NCBI GenBank assembly: GCA_964016885.1
Contig: OZ024744.1
Coordinates: forward strand, 9,982,001 to 10,046,000
Direction of reading: 5' to 3'
DNA length: 64,000 nucleotides
Source of the DNA: Eledone cirrhosa
Lineage: Eukaryota
Positions 49,257-63,099 of this stretch are shown piece by piece. The notes beneath the pieces were generated by a model. That model made no database searches. It saw only the letters and a list, made by a program, of their open reading frames with translations, and was not told where the DNA came from. Every line of letters begins with the position of its first letter. Position 1 is the stretch's first letter. A program made the position numbers and the translations under genes.

Positions 49257-50139
49257 CATATAATTTAATATCATGAATTGTGATTTTTTTTTATTTAATT
49301 GTTTTTTGTGTGAATATAGGCGTGTATGAATATGTATGTATGCAGGCAGTCTTCAAGTTGCTAAAGTCCCACATACAAACAATCATAGCTATGAATTATC
49401 AATCATTTATATTAAAACTTCTAGTTACATGCAAGGATTTCCCGGAGTTGCAGAACCAACCAACAGATAGTATCACCTATGGAAAGATCAGTGGAAATTT
49501 TTTTTCCATGTTCCGGTCTGATGATTGGTGCTTTTCCTTTTCTTTCCTTAATAGAAAACAAGTGAACTACTTTTTGAGGCACATCGAAATGCAGCATGAT
49601 TTCAGTAGCCATCTCTTGAACGTTTTATCCCATCATTGTTATCTCAATAGTGAATCAAGTATTCCCTCTCCACTCCCTTCTTGGTATGTAAAGACATCAA
49701 TAGGAATAAGAATAAATGAAAACCCTTTAAAACATTAACATTTTTTCCTTTGTATCCAGACACAGCTAAAAAACGGGGACAAAACAAACATGTTTCCTTG
49801 TTCCGATGCAGTGCTTCATTATTATTCCATCTTGTTTAAAACAGACAACGTGGCCGCCTCATTCACTCGCCCCATTTTTTCTCTCCTTTCTTTGCTGAGG
49901 TGGAAGCAGGCTGCTAGGCAGAACTGCGAGTCATCTGCGACGAGCATCAACAACCTACCCAACCCTTCTTGAAACATGGAGGACTCCCAGTCAGTTGAGA
50001 GTCATTGGAACAAACAATCTAGCTAGCTAACTCTGACTGTGCAGTGAATGTGTTTAAGAAGTGTTTATATCTATGCACAGATTCAAACTCTGTTTCTCTC
50101 ATACCCTTTCTCAATTATAAATATTATACACTGTCAGTA

Positions 50140-50310
50140 GATTGGCAGAATCAGTTGAGCTCTAGACAAAATGCCTTGTGAACTAAAGTTATGTTCCCTT
50201 GCTGTCTTAATTAAAATCCTGTAGAGGCTAACTCAGTTTCTACAAAATAAAATACCAGTTAAGAATTGGAGTGGATATAATTGACTGTCCCTTCCCACAT
50301 TCATAAATTT
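50140..50310 (+). mobile_element. Highly decayed tRNA-SINE
   Basis: TGGCAGAATC A-box-like start, AAATGC, TACCAGTT..TGGAGTGGATATAATTGACT; resembles octopus SINE consensus as remembered. Confidence 0.4.
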
Positions 50311-50327
50311 GGAGCTACCTGTATATA

Positions 50328-50363
<36 letters not shown>

Positions 50364-50788
50364 AACATACATATTACATTTCTGTGTATATATGTATATA
50401 CATGTACACTCTTTCATAGCTTAGCATATTCGTTTATTTATATTTTTCTTGCTGTAAACTCTTAAACTTTTTCTATTGAACTTTAACAGTTCAATAGATG
50501 ACAAATTGTTTTTCTTCCTATACTGTCACTTTGAAATGTTCACTTTTTTATTTTTAAGAAACCCCCCTGGCCACCCAGTCACCCTGAATAAAATAAAATA
50601 AAACCCTTATGCAGCTGCCCTTTATAAATGTATACAACTTATATACTTCAGAGTGCTTTATTGTTTTGGATGTAGTAATACACAAAGATTAGCTGTTGAA
50701 AACTCATTGTGAATAAAATGCAAATAAAATGAACACTTGCAAAAGTTTTTCCTTATTATTATTTTTTTTTTCCATTTGACCTTTTTAA

Positions 50789-51004
50789 CCTTTTCATGAA
50801 CACATTTCTAATGAAATACATTCTGTTTAAATTAGTTGATGGAGAATTTTGAAGAATTTATTAAAATTATTAATTATTTCATTACTAAGTAACTTAATGT
50901 AATATTCTTATACAATGCTGGAAGATTTTAATATAAATTGGAAACCTTAAAAATGGGTGACTTTAGAACCGGAGCCAATTTTGGCTGGTCTGGTAACAAA
51001 AGGG
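50789..51004. mobile_element. piggyBac-like MITE; a second decayed inverted copy probably follows at ~51020-51204
   Basis: TTAA|CCTTTT ... AAAAGGG|TTAA termini. Confidence 0.55.
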
Positions 51005-52629
51005 TTAACCAAAAGGGTTAACCGACCCATAATAAAGAGTTATTAGAATGAATATCTTCCAACACAATTTTATATCAGAACCTTATTTTAAATTACTATC
51101 TTAGTAATGAAATAAATTAATAATTTATAAGGCACTCAAAATCCTTCATCAATTAATTGAAACACAGGGTTTATTTCATTATAAATATGGTCATGAATGT
51201 GTTAAAGTGTATATATTTATCTAAAAACCTTCAATAACAGTTATATATAATAACTAGAAATTAATGCTACTAAATGTCTGTAAATAAGATATCGAAGTAT
51301 TGGGTGAATTGAAATAAATGTAGAAAATCTTCAAATTCTGTTCTGAAATTCCAATTGAATTCATCCCGAATTTGAGAGGAATAGTTTTTTTCTATCTCCA
51401 AATTCTTGATTATTTTCAAAACTATTTGAAAACCATAGGCATTGACCTTCATTAGAAATAGAGTACTGACATATATGATGTATAAGTTGAAAAATTTCAA
51501 TTGACTAAAATTATCCATACAATTAATTGACAAAAAATCAATTTCTAATAGTGTTTAAAATCCTTAAACAACAAACAACAGAAATAACTCCAATAATATA
51601 AGTTAATCCAAATTTATGGAAAATAAAAATAAAGCCAACTGGTAAATGTAAACAGACATGTTCTCCACAGTGAAAAGAAAACACTTTAATCTTGTTGGGG
51701 ATGAGACAACTTCTCTAGTGCTGGTACCACAATAAAATACAACCAGTACATACTGTATAGTAGCAATATACAAGTGAGACAAGGTCCTACAACCTACCTT
51801 GAAAGGCAGTCAACTCTGAATAGAAAGCAACTTGGACTAGAGAAACCTATTAGGACCATACTAGCATAGAAAAACAAGTGTAAAGCTGATGATGAAGAGG
51901 ATGTATATATTTGTGTACTTTGGGTGTTTTAATGATTGGGGTCCCGGTCAATAAAACACCCTAGAAACTTACTGTATTCCAACCACATAAGAAGCCTGCT
52001 AAAACTACATAGGTGTGAAGTGTAACAATATCAACAACAACAACAACAACAGAAAAGGAAATACCTTCTTACCAAAATATCAGACCCAACATCTCAACAT
52101 GTAATGTTTGCCTAAAAGAGTTGGAGAAATTTTTTAAATATAAAGATTTGTAAATATAGTTAACCAGAACGGGACAACTGCAAACAGAAAACATATTTAT
52201 AATTATGGTTTCATGGCAATTATTAAAACAATAAAATAATCACCACAAATACAGAACCAAACTAAAAAACTTTCATACATACAGAAAATAACACTACTAG
52301 GTACTTCATACATATTAGAAAATACAAAAATAAAACCATGACCCACCCACAGAGCAGCATACAGATGTGCAATAAAATTAAGATTGGTTTCCTTATTTAT
52401 ATGAGAGGCACAACAAGGAGAAAACAAAACCATTGTGTGGGCCAAACCACATATTTACTCTTTGAACCCTCTCCACTGAATTTTAGAAATTTAAAGGAAC
52501 ATGTTATATCAATACTTATTTCACTTTCATTCATATTTTCATCAATCTTATTTTATTCAATGGTTAAGTTACCTTTGACCTAAAGGGATGCGAACATTTC
52601 ACATGTACACATTCACACAATATTTATAT

Positions 52630-52923
52630 GGTGACACAACAAAAAGTGTCCAGCCAACACTGCAAAGTGCTTGTAGGTTTCACAAAAAGCATTCAGTCCA
52701 CACTGTAAAGTGATCATGTAAACATCATGACAAAAGATACCCAGAACTCACTGTAAATGTGGTTGGTTTAGGAAGGGTATCTAGCTGTAGAAACTAAGCC
52801 AGAATCAGTTCTGTATGAGCAAGACATGGTCACCTGACCTGGCCTATCTCACAACAGGACTACTCATCTAACCCATGCTAGCATGGAAAATGGACGTTAA
52901 ATCGTATTGATGATGATGATGAT
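52630..52923 (+). mobile_element. Old RTE/SINE 3' tail
   Basis: Three CACTGYAAA modules, GGAAGGGTATCTAGCTGTAGAAAC, GGACGTTAAA, (GAT)n. Confidence 0.75.
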
Positions 52924-52933
52924 ATATATAGTA

Positions 52934-54620
52934 ATCATCATAATCATCGTTTTTACATCCACTTTTCCTCATTTGCACAGGTTTGATGGGTCCTCCTCAG
53001 CATAGCATCTCCCCACTTGCTGCATTCCTTCGTCATTTTCTCCATGAGTTGCAGTGATTTGAGCTCAGCTCTCACAACTTCTGCCTTGGTGTACCTCTAC
53101 TGCAGCTTCCTTCCACTAGGACTTCTTCACCCAGCAATCATCATCCCTGCCCAAAATATGTCTGTACCAACACAGTCTTCTCTCCTGCACACTACCTCAG
53201 ATTTCTCTTAAACCTAGTTTCTCCCTCAGTCCGTCCAAGCTCTACCTTTCTCTCATACATACATTGCACATCCAATAGAGCATGGTTGCTTCATTTCTTT
53301 CCAGTCTATACATGTCCACTCTAGTCACAGCCCATGTTTCACTACCATGTAGCATCACACTTCACACACAGCTGTCATACAGTTGTTTTATTGTACATAG
53401 TGGGAGACCTTATGTTGTCAACAATGTGAGTAGCTCTCTAAACTTCTTCCATCCTTTCCTTATTCTAGCTATTATGCTCTCAGAACACCCCCACCCCCCA
53501 GCTCCATTGCTAATTACAATTGCCTAGATAGCAGAAGCTATCAACTACTTCTATGGGTCCTTCCTAACTGGAATAGGTTTACATCACTGGTTATCTTCCC
53601 CTCACTTACTCCCATAGATCTACAAACAAAGTCTTCCTTTCCTGTTAGTCTACCTCTTATCGCACTACATCTCTTGTGTATCCAAGGCTTACATTGTGTA
53701 CATCATATAGTTTATACCTACTCCCTTTCTACGGATTGATCAGGGCCATTTCCCTGAGGGAATCAAGGTCCTATCTTCTATCTTATTCACTAGCACTAAG
53801 TTTACTCTCAGACCTTTTGATTCTAAATTTTGTTTGCACAGTCAGAACTTATTTTCTAAGTCTTTAACGGATTTAGCTATAAGGACCAGATCATTTTCAG
53901 AGAGAACTTCCCATGGGCTGGCTGTCTTAAACTCCTCTATTACTGCTTGGAGGAATATAATGAATAGTAGTGGGCTAAAAACCAAACCTTGATAAACTCC
54001 TCCTTGTACCTTGAATTCCTCACTAAACTCATTTCCTACTCTCACAAGATAATAGATGAGGGTACTGTCAAATGCCTTTTCTAGGTCGATGAAAACTAGG
54101 TAAAGTGGCTTATTTTGGGCTAAGAACTTGTCTGTAGTTGCCTCACTAAAAAGTACTTTTTACTACTCTAGTACTTTTCCCAGGCATGAAACCAAACTCC
54201 ATCTAATCTATTTGACTATTTCTCTAATTAGCTACAATTACACTATAATACACTATAACTCTTTCTGTCACTTTCATAACTCAGCCCATTAATTTTATAG
54301 TTGCTCCTTTCTAGAGCATCACCTTTGCCCTTATAGCAATTTACAATTGTACTGCTGCACCAGTCATTGGGTATGACTCCATCATGTATTACCTGATTGA
54401 CTATGCAGGTTACTAGTTTGAATGATGCTTTCAGCTATCTCTGATTGTCCTGCAGCATTACCATTTTTCATCTCTTTGATTGCTTCTTTAACCCTATAAC
54501 ACTCAACTTCAATGGTGACCCTTCTGTTAGGTAGGTCAGTGGTAGTTTCTTCCTCTCATTTGTTCTCTACATTCATCAGTTTCTCATAGGAACATTTCCA
54601 GGCCACTTTCTTTTGAACGT
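52934..54620 (-). mobile_element. Old divergent RTE family C (PHD-type), heavily decayed
   Basis: RVGNEFSEEFKVQGGVYQG..PLLFII, PSGKWP..RKGVG..WIHKRCS, DSFCYLG remnants; CAT-repeat tail. Confidence 0.82.
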
Positions 54621-54859
54621 TAGTTTAGCCTCAGTAAAAGCGAGGAGATATGTAGTCTTGATAACCACTTATAAGTCAGAATTGGTGGCAAAATCGATTA
54701 CTTGCCCCGCTTTTGCTAAAGCTAGCATGTGACGATCGTCACAACCTTAAAATTCATTGCGAAAGGACTCCAAATATTTTTCATAAACATCCTGTACATT
54801 ATTGAATATACAATACATACATTCATATGTATATCGGTATATCGGAGCACCCATACAAA

Positions 54860-55637
54860 TCTGTATATATATAAAATTAAGTATGTGTGTGTGTGTGTGT
54901 GTCTGTGTGCTACCTATAGGGGCCTACATCTTACGACCGATTTTCATGAAACTTTACAGGTTCATAGATTAGTCATCAGGGAGTGTTTTCTATATATCAG
55001 CGTATCGTTTTTTTTTTTATTCCAGGGTCATTCTGCAGATAAAAATCCATAGGAGGGTCACCTTTTTTTAGGTATCGAAAAATAAGATTTTTGGCTCTAG
55101 CTCCCACATTTTGCCACCGATTTCGTTCAAATTTTAAAGCAAAATAGAATTTATCATTGCACATCCTGTAATGGCTTTATATTTTGCATTTGTTGTTCAG
55201 GGACGGCGTGGCAGCCTCTTAAATATTCAAAAATACCACTTTTAGACTAAAATTTCCGCTTTTTCGGCTCTAGCTCCCACATTAATCAATCTACTTTGTT
55301 CAAATTTTACACTACACTAGATCTGATTATTTCACGTCTTAACGTGGCTTTACATTTTGGATTTTTTTTTGTTCAGGAATGGCGTGGCAATCATTGCACA
55401 TCTTATAGTAGCTTTACACTTGCATTTTTTGTTCAGGGACGGCATGGCAGGCGTTTAACTCTTCAAAATACGATTTTTTCCACCTCCCACATATTCCATA
55501 CGATTTCACTCAACCTTTCGCCATTTGCTACACCTTACGACCAATTTTCAAGAAACTCGCAGTCTCTAAGATCAACACCTTTTCATCAAAGCAGATATTA
55601 TTTTACCTACCCAGGTAACGCTGGATACTGCTGCTAG
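54860..55637 (+). mobile_element. Non-autonomous Helitron
   Basis: A|TC-TGTATATATATAAA start, ATTTTCATGAAAC shared with the 16524 element, degenerate hairpin CCCAGGTAACGCTGG, CTGCTAG|T end. Confidence 0.7.
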
Positions 55638-55979
55638 TTATATATATAAACAAAGTTATCTCAAATATCAAGTTTGAAGCGCGAATGTATTAGAATTCGT
55701 AGAATAATGAGAACTCAACACAAGGAAGCTGTTAAAACAATAAATTGCCGGCAATGACAGCATTGGGTAAAATTTACCTCAAAGGATGGAAATCAGTAGC
55801 TAGGAATGTGTTGGCTTGCAGAAGTGATAGGAAGAAAGGAGAAAGGGAAGAAAATGGATGAGAGAAGATCACACAAACATTTATATACACTCATCAGCTT
55901 TTAGACCGACTGTAGTTTCAACAATTTAATGATTTAAACGATTTAGATATATATGTATATACATATATATAAACATATA

Positions 55980-58900
55980 TTTAAAAGCATATTACTTGAT
56001 GCCTTTGACAATAAGGAAGAGCAATTAGAGACGTACAATATAGAGGAACAGTGGGAATTCCTGAAAGCAAACCTGCTGAAGGCGACAGATGAAGTCTGTG
56101 GCTGGAGCAGGCCTGTAGGCAGGAGGAGAGTAATGTGGTGGTGGAACAGTAAGGTGGAGGAGTCAATCATGGCCAAAAAGCAGGCTTGGAAAGTATGGCA
56201 GGATGGGGGAATTAGAGAGAACTATCAAGTTGCCAGGAGAGAAGCTAGGAGACAAGTGTACCTTGCAAAAAGGGTAGCAGAGGATAGAAAGTGCAAGCAT
56301 GTTCTACAAGGCGAGGACCAAAAACGTGAGGTGTTCAGGATTGCTAGGCAATGTGTCAAGGAAAACCATGATATTGTTGGGGAGAAGTGTGTGCTTAATG
56401 ATGATGGTGTACTTGCCATCACTGACGCTGATAAGAAGGTAGCTTGGAAGTGTCACTACGAAAGGCTACTAAATGAGGAGAATAAATGGGAAAAAAATAG
56501 TCTGCCCCACATCGATCCAATAGAGGGATCAGCAGTGCAAATTAAAGGTAGTATAGTAAGTAAGGCAATCAAAGATATGAAGACAGGCAAGGCAGCTGGG
56601 CCTTCGGAGATAGTTGCTGAGATGTTGAAAGCATCTGGAATGGTGGGACACACTACGGTCACCCAGTTAGTAAACCAAGTAATACAGAATGGGGTCATAC
56701 CAGATGACTGGCATAGCAGCATCATCATTAACTGCTACAAGGGTAAAGGAAATGCTCTTGATAGGGGAAACTATAGAGGCATTAAGTTAGTTGACCAGGT
56801 CATGAAGGTCACAGAAAGAGTTATAGCGCAACTAATCAGAGAGCGAATTGATCTAGATGAAATGCAGTTTGGTTTGTGTCAGGCAAAAGTACCACAGACG
56901 CTCTTTTCCTTGTACGACTACTACAGGAGAAGTACCTAACTAAAAGTAAACCCCTCTACTTAGCTTTTGTTGACTTGGAGAAAGCCTTTGACAGAGTCCC
57001 CTGCCCCATTATCTGGTGGGCCCTTAGAAAACTAGGTGTAGATGAATGCCTTGTGAGAGCTATACAAGCCATGTATAAAGAAACAGTCAGTAAGGTTAGA
57101 ATTAACAATGAATCATCATCATCATCACCATTTTACGTCCGTTCTTCCACGCTAACCTGGGTTAGACGGGTTGTCCTGTCGTGGGCAGTGTCTGGTCGGC
57201 TGACCTTGTCTTGCTCATACGGGAACTGATTCTGGTTTGATTTCTACAGCTGGATGCCCTTCCTAACACCAACCTCATTTACAGTGAGTGCTGGGTGCTT
57301 TTTCGTGGCGCCTACACGTCCACTTTACAGTGTGGGCTGGGTGTTTTTTTGCCGTGGCACCTCCACGACGACTTTGCAGTGGGAGGGTGTGGGGGCATAT
57401 TGTCTATATGCTTCAGCTTGTACCCATGGGAGGTCGGGTACTCTGTATTACTGCGTGACGCCAGAAGTCACGGTCGTGTGTCATCGCCTTTGAGAGGTGT
57501 AATTGGGTAAGGTCGGCTTTTATCACCTCATCTCAGGTCATCTTGGGTCTCCCCACTCCGCGGTTTCCATTGACTTCTAGTGCTCTGCACCTTTTTATGC
57601 AGCTGTCATCCTTTATACGCATCACATGTCCATACCAGCGCAACAGCCTCTCCTGCACACAGCATTTGATTCCTCTTATGCTCAGTCTCTCTCTCAATTC
57701 GTTTATGCTTTGCCGTTCGCGTATATTACTGTTACACATCCATCGGAGCATGCAGGCTTCGTTTCTCTCTAATCTACGTAAGTCATCCACCTTCAGCGCC
57801 CAGGTCTCACTACCATGCAACATCGCTGTTCGGATACACGCATCATACAGTCTGCCTTTCATTCTGAGGGAGAAGCCTTTTGCAGCTAGCAGTGGCAGTA
57901 GTTCCCTGAAATTCTTCCATCCCGTTCTTACCCTAGTTATTGTACTTTCTGAACACCCACCTCTGCACCTAATTCGGTCACCTAGGTAGCAGAAGCTGTC
58001 TACTGTTTCTACAGAGCCCTCCCAGAGTTTGGTGGTACTTGTTTCCTGTGGCTGTTTGCTGCTTGCTGTCTCAGCACAGCTGCTACATGTGAAGCCTACA
58101 TTCTTAATTAAGCTTCCTGAGATCCCGCTACATCTCTTGTGTACCCATTGCTTGCATTTGGGGCAGAGAATGAAGTTCCTACCTACACCTTTCCTACATA
58201 CTGAGCAAGGCCATTTCCCTGAGGGGATCTGGGTTCTGTTTTCTCGTCTACTTACAAGGACCTTAGTCCTTGTCAGGTTGACTTTGAGATCCTTTCTTTC
58301 TAGTCCCTGCTTCCAAGTTTCAGCTATAAGTGCGAGGTCATCTGCATACAGGAGTTCCCATGGGCATCCGGTCTTAAACTCCTCCGTTATTGCCTGCAGG
58401 ACTATGATGAATAGGAGAGGGCTAAGAACAGAGCCCTGGTGGACCCCAACCTGTACGCTAAATTCCTCGCTATACTCATTGCTAATCCTAACTTTGCTGA
58501 CTGCTCCCCTATACATGGCTTGTACAGCTTTCACAAGCCATTGATCTACTCCTAGTTTTCTAAGAGCCCACCAGATTATAGCACGAGGAACTCTGTCAAA
58601 GGCTTTCTCCAGATCAACAAATGCCAGGTAGAGAGGCATAATTTTAGCTAGGTACTTTTCCTGTAATTGCCTCACAAGGAAGAGGGCTTCTGTGGTGCCT
58701 CTTCCTGGTACAAACCCAAATTGCATCTCATCTAGTTTCACCGGGTCCCTAATCAACTGTGCTATAACTCTTTCTGTTACTTCCATGACCTAGTCCATCA
58801 GCTTTATACCTCTATAGTTTCCTCTATCTAGTGCATCACCTTTACCTTTGTAGCAGTTGACAATGATGCTACTGCACCAATCTTTGGTATGACACCTAGT

Positions 58901-61570
58901 ATTACCTGGTTAACAATACGTGTGGTTATAGTGTGACCTACCGACCCAGATGCCTTCAGCATCTCGGCAGCTATACCCGATGGACCGGTTGCCTTCCCCA
59001 TCTTCATATCTTTGATTGCCTTATTACTACACTGCTGCTGACTTGTACTGCTGGCCCCTCTATAGGGTCTACTTGGGGTTGGGTTTCTTCCTCCCATGCA
59101 TTCTTCTCATTTTGTAATCTATCATAATGACTCTTCCACGCAGCTTTCTTCTCAGCACTTGTGAGGGCAAGCTCACCTTTATCATTACGGATACAATTCT
59201 CTCCAATGACATCACAATTCTCTCTGACACACTGCCTCGCAATCTTGAACACCTCCTGTTTCTGGTCCTCACATTGCAAAACATGTTTGAATTTTCTATC
59301 CTCTGCTTCCGTCCTAGCTAAGTATACTTGTCGCCTAGCTCCCCTCTTGGTCTCTATGTAATGTACCCTGCTCCCCCCGTTCTTCCATTCTTTCCATGCC
59401 TGTCTCTTGGCCTTAACTGCCTCATCTATCTTATTGTTCCACCACCAAGTCACTCTCCTCCTCCCCGTGGTCTTGCTCCAGCCACAGATCTCATCCGTCG
59501 CCTTTAGTAAGTTAATTTTTAGGAACTCCCAGTTCTCTTCTACATTGAATGTCTCTATCTGTTCTTCTTTCCGGTTGTAGGCGTTGAGTAAACTATCTTT
59601 AAATCTGTTACTGGCTGAGGGGTCTTTCAGCTTCCAGATCTTTCTTCTCCGGGTTGCCTTCTGTTTCCAAGTTCATCTAGTTCTGACAATGAGGTCGCTG
59701 ACAACTAAGTTATGTTGGGAGGTACATTCCTCACTAGGGAAGGCTTTTGTGTTTACAACCAACCATCTGTCACGTCCTCTGATGAAGATAAAATCTATCT
59801 GACTAGAATGCTCCCCTGATCTGTAGGTGATCAGATGGTTGTCGGGTTTTTTGAAGTTTGTGTTACATATCGACATGTCATTGGCATTACAGAATTCTAG
59901 AAGCCTGAATCCTTCTTCATTTCTTGTGCCAACCCCATGGCCTCCATGGACTCTATTGAAGCTGTCATGGATGGATGGATGGCTGGAACGTGGTTTAGCA
60001 GCTCTAGTGATTCATTTTAGTCTTTCAGAGTCAAGTGTATCTTATCTCTATAAGAACTTCAAGATGAGTGAGGAAGGAATGGATGAGAGGGAATAGGTGG
60101 CTTAGAGAGAGATAGAGAGAGAGAGGGTAGCCATCATGGCCTGTAGCATCTCATGGCAAAATAAACCGATAGGAGTAGATGACTTTGAAGAGACAGCAAA
60201 ATGATAAATACAACAAAGAATTGAGCATAAAAGTTGGTGTTCATCAAGGCTCTGTCCTCAGCCCCCTCCTATTTATTATTGCCCTTCAGGCTATAACAAA
60301 GGAGTTCAAGACCGGCTGCCCATGGGAACTCCTATACGCAGATGATCTAACACTCATAGCTGAATCAATGGCTGAACTAGAGAAGAAATTCCAAACATGG
60401 AAGCATGGCCTAGAATCAAAGGGCCTTAAAGTTAACTTGTCTAAGACTAAAGTTCTAGTTTGTAGAAAGGAAAATAGGGTACAGGTGCCCTCACGGAAAT
60501 GGCCATGCTCAGTGTGTAGGCAGAAATTCCATTTTATGTCCCAAATGCAAACTATGGGTTCATAAAAGATGTAGTGGGATCACAGGTAAGCTAACTAAGA
60601 ACATAGACTTTATATGTGGCCGATGGTCAGGTGCAATAAGTAGCAAGTGCCCACTGGATACTAGCTCCTTCTATTGCCCAGATGGTTCTTTAGAAATAGT
60701 AGACACCTTCCGTTACCTGGGTGACAAAATCAGCAGTGGTGGAGGGTGCTCTGAAAGTACAGTAGCTAGAGTCAGAACGGGATGGAAAAAGTTCAGAGAG
60801 CTTATGCCACTATTGGCCGCTAAAGGGTTCTCTCTAAAAATGAAAGGCAGATTGTATGATGCCTGCATACGAACAGCAATGTTACATGGCAGTGAGACCT
60901 GGGCATTGTGTGCAGAGAATATACGCAGACTGGAGAGAAACGAAGCTTGCATGCTCCGCTGGATGTGTAATATACGTGAACGGCAAAACATAAACGAACT
61001 GAGAAATTAGGAATAAGAGGGATCAGATGCTGTTTACTTGAGAGAAAACTACGTTGGTATGGCCACGTGATGTGCATGAAAGACGACAGCTGTATAAAAA
61101 ATTGCAGGGCGATCAAAATTGATGGTAGTTACGGAGTAGGTAGACCCAGAAAAACCTGGGATGATTTGAAAAATTCCGACCTCACACACTTACACCTCTC
61201 CAAGACAATCTCACTGGACCGAGATCTTTGACACCATACAGTAATACAGAAGACCCACGTTCCCTACGTGCAAAGTTAACCTACAGTTAGTAGGCGCCTC
61301 CAAACCAAACAAACATCCAAACCCATTACCCCTACTTCACCCTTCCACCCCTTTCTCTATAAAGTTATGTCGGTACCACAACATCCAGTCCAAACTAAAG
61401 AGGTCGTGTAGGTGTCACGACAAAAAAACACAGTCCACGCTGTAATGTGGCCGTCTAGGTAACATGGGAAAAAGCTCCCAGTCCACACTGTAAATGTGGT
61501 TGGTGTTAGGAAGGGCATCCAGCCGTAGAAAACCTGCCAGACAGTCCTATACGAGCGAGACACGGTCACC
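55980..61570 (+). mobile_element. Older RTE family A-like copy split by a nested insertion (55980-57110 and ~60210-61570)
   Basis: ORF 55953-56939 and 56876-57110 stop at KVRINNE; the sequence resumes at [12 protein letters not shown] (~60218). Confidence 0.85.
57111..59967 (-). mobile_element. RTE family B copy nested in family A, extending into the APE C-terminus
   Basis: ORFs 57533-58786, 59004-59453 and 59673-59876 (SQIDFI, SQHNLV); (CAT)n tail at 57111. Confidence 0.92.
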
Positions 61571-61574
61571 CAAC

Positions 61575-62050
61575 CAATCTTTAAGACCTTTTGATTCTAT
61601 GCTTTGCTTCCAGGTTTGGAATTTCTTCTCTAATTCAACCATTGATTCAGCTATAAGGGTTAGGTCATCTGCATACAAGAGTTACCATGGGCTTAAACTC
61701 TGCCATTATAGCTTGCAGGACGATAATAAACAGGAGAGAGTTTAGAACTGATCCCTGATGGACACCAACCTGCATGCTAATTCTGACTTTTCTGACTGTT
61801 CTTCTATACATATTTTCTGCTGCCCTTCATTCATCGACTCCTAGTTTTCTGAGAGCCCACCAGATATTGGAATAGGGGACTCTGTCAAAAGCTTTCTACA
61901 GGTCCACAAAGGCTAAGCAGAGGGGTTTACCTTAGCTAGATACTTCTACTGAAGTTGCTTTAAGCATCTCAGCAACTATCTCTGAGGGACTAGCTGCCCT
62001 GCCTGACTTCATATCCCTGATTGCCTTACTTACTACACTACTGCTAATTT
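61575..62050 (-). mobile_element. Decayed RTE RT fragments with deletions
   Basis: [21 protein letters not shown] and LLYADD remnants. Confidence 0.75.
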
Positions 62051-62069
62051 GTATATATATATATATATA

Positions 62070-62677
62070 TAGTGAAAGAGTGAAGAATAACATGGTCAAC
62101 AGTACAAAAAGGGTTTTATTTACAGTATTAATAATTGTTTCATTGATTAGGGTGTCTAAAAATTGCTAATCACTTGAAGTTGTGTCACTCAATTTTAAAT
62201 ACAATGTATGCCTAATCAAATCATCAGAAAAACTGATTAAAATTATACACAGCGTTTGTAATATACTAGGAAAATTCAAATCACAACTTTATTACTGATG
62301 TTGTGATTTAAATTTTCCTAATATATTACAAACGCCGTGTATAATTTTAATCAGTTTTTCCAATGATTAGGCATACATTGTATTTAAAATTGAGTGACAC
62401 AACTTCAAGTGATTAGCAATTTTTAGACACCCTAATCAATGAAACAATTATTAATACTGTAAATAAAACCCTTTTTGTACTGTTGACCATGTTATTCTTC
62501 ACTCTTTCACTATTATTACTCCAAGATTAACCTGCATAGGAATACCCGAGCACTCACAAACTCGCTACCTGAGGAAACCTCTTGTTGAGTCAAACAACAC
62601 CGTACGTTAAAACTATCCACAATACAGAGTACTCACAACCTCTAACTGGATTACCTGTAACGATAATTTGTTATCCC

Positions 62678-62680
<3 letters not shown>
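62070..62680. mobile_element. Fold-back PLE-type terminal unit (~220-nt arms plus tail)
   Basis: 62070-62288 inverted at ~62300-62513; degenerate long-stem-II hammerhead at 62123-62236 (-). Confidence 0.7.
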
Positions 62681-62711
<31 letters not shown>

Positions 62712-63063
62712 CAGTGTACCCCCAGCACTCGCAGTCCCAGTTATTCACGGAATTTTCCTCAGAACCTAACTAATAATTGTTCATGGACCCCACCACATAT
62801 TCACAGAATCGTAAATATCTTATTTTTTTAATGGCTTTTTCATGGCAATATATATTTTTTAATACTAAATTATTAATAACAAGATACGATATTTGCTGGC
62901 CTATTGGATGCCCCTTCGTATAAGATGTTCCCTCTTTATTTTATATATTTTACATCATATTTTGATGTTTATAGGCATTTTTATGGACCACATCCAATAT
63001 TTGAGGTTTTTCACTCTTCGCAGGTACTCTAGGAACATAACCCCTGCCAATACCGAGGGACAA

Positions 63064-63066
<3 letters not shown>
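62712..63066. mobile_element. Tc1/mariner (pogo/Tigger-like) MITE
   Basis: TA|CAGTGTACCCCCAGCACTCGCAG ... CTGCCAATACCGAGGGACAACTG|TA imperfect TIRs. Confidence 0.6.

Positions 63067-63099
<33 letters not shown>

Noticed and set aside
49420-49700. Minus-strand KKGVEREYLIHY*...ATEIMLHFDVPQKV, faintly chromodomain-like; possible host exon
   Set aside because: Needs a stop read-through and a frameshift, has no clear splice sites, and the similarity is too weak without an HMM search.
55885-55925. Minus-strand GAAA...GTC...CTGATGA hammerhead-like words
   Set aside because: Stems I and II could not be paired in any topology.
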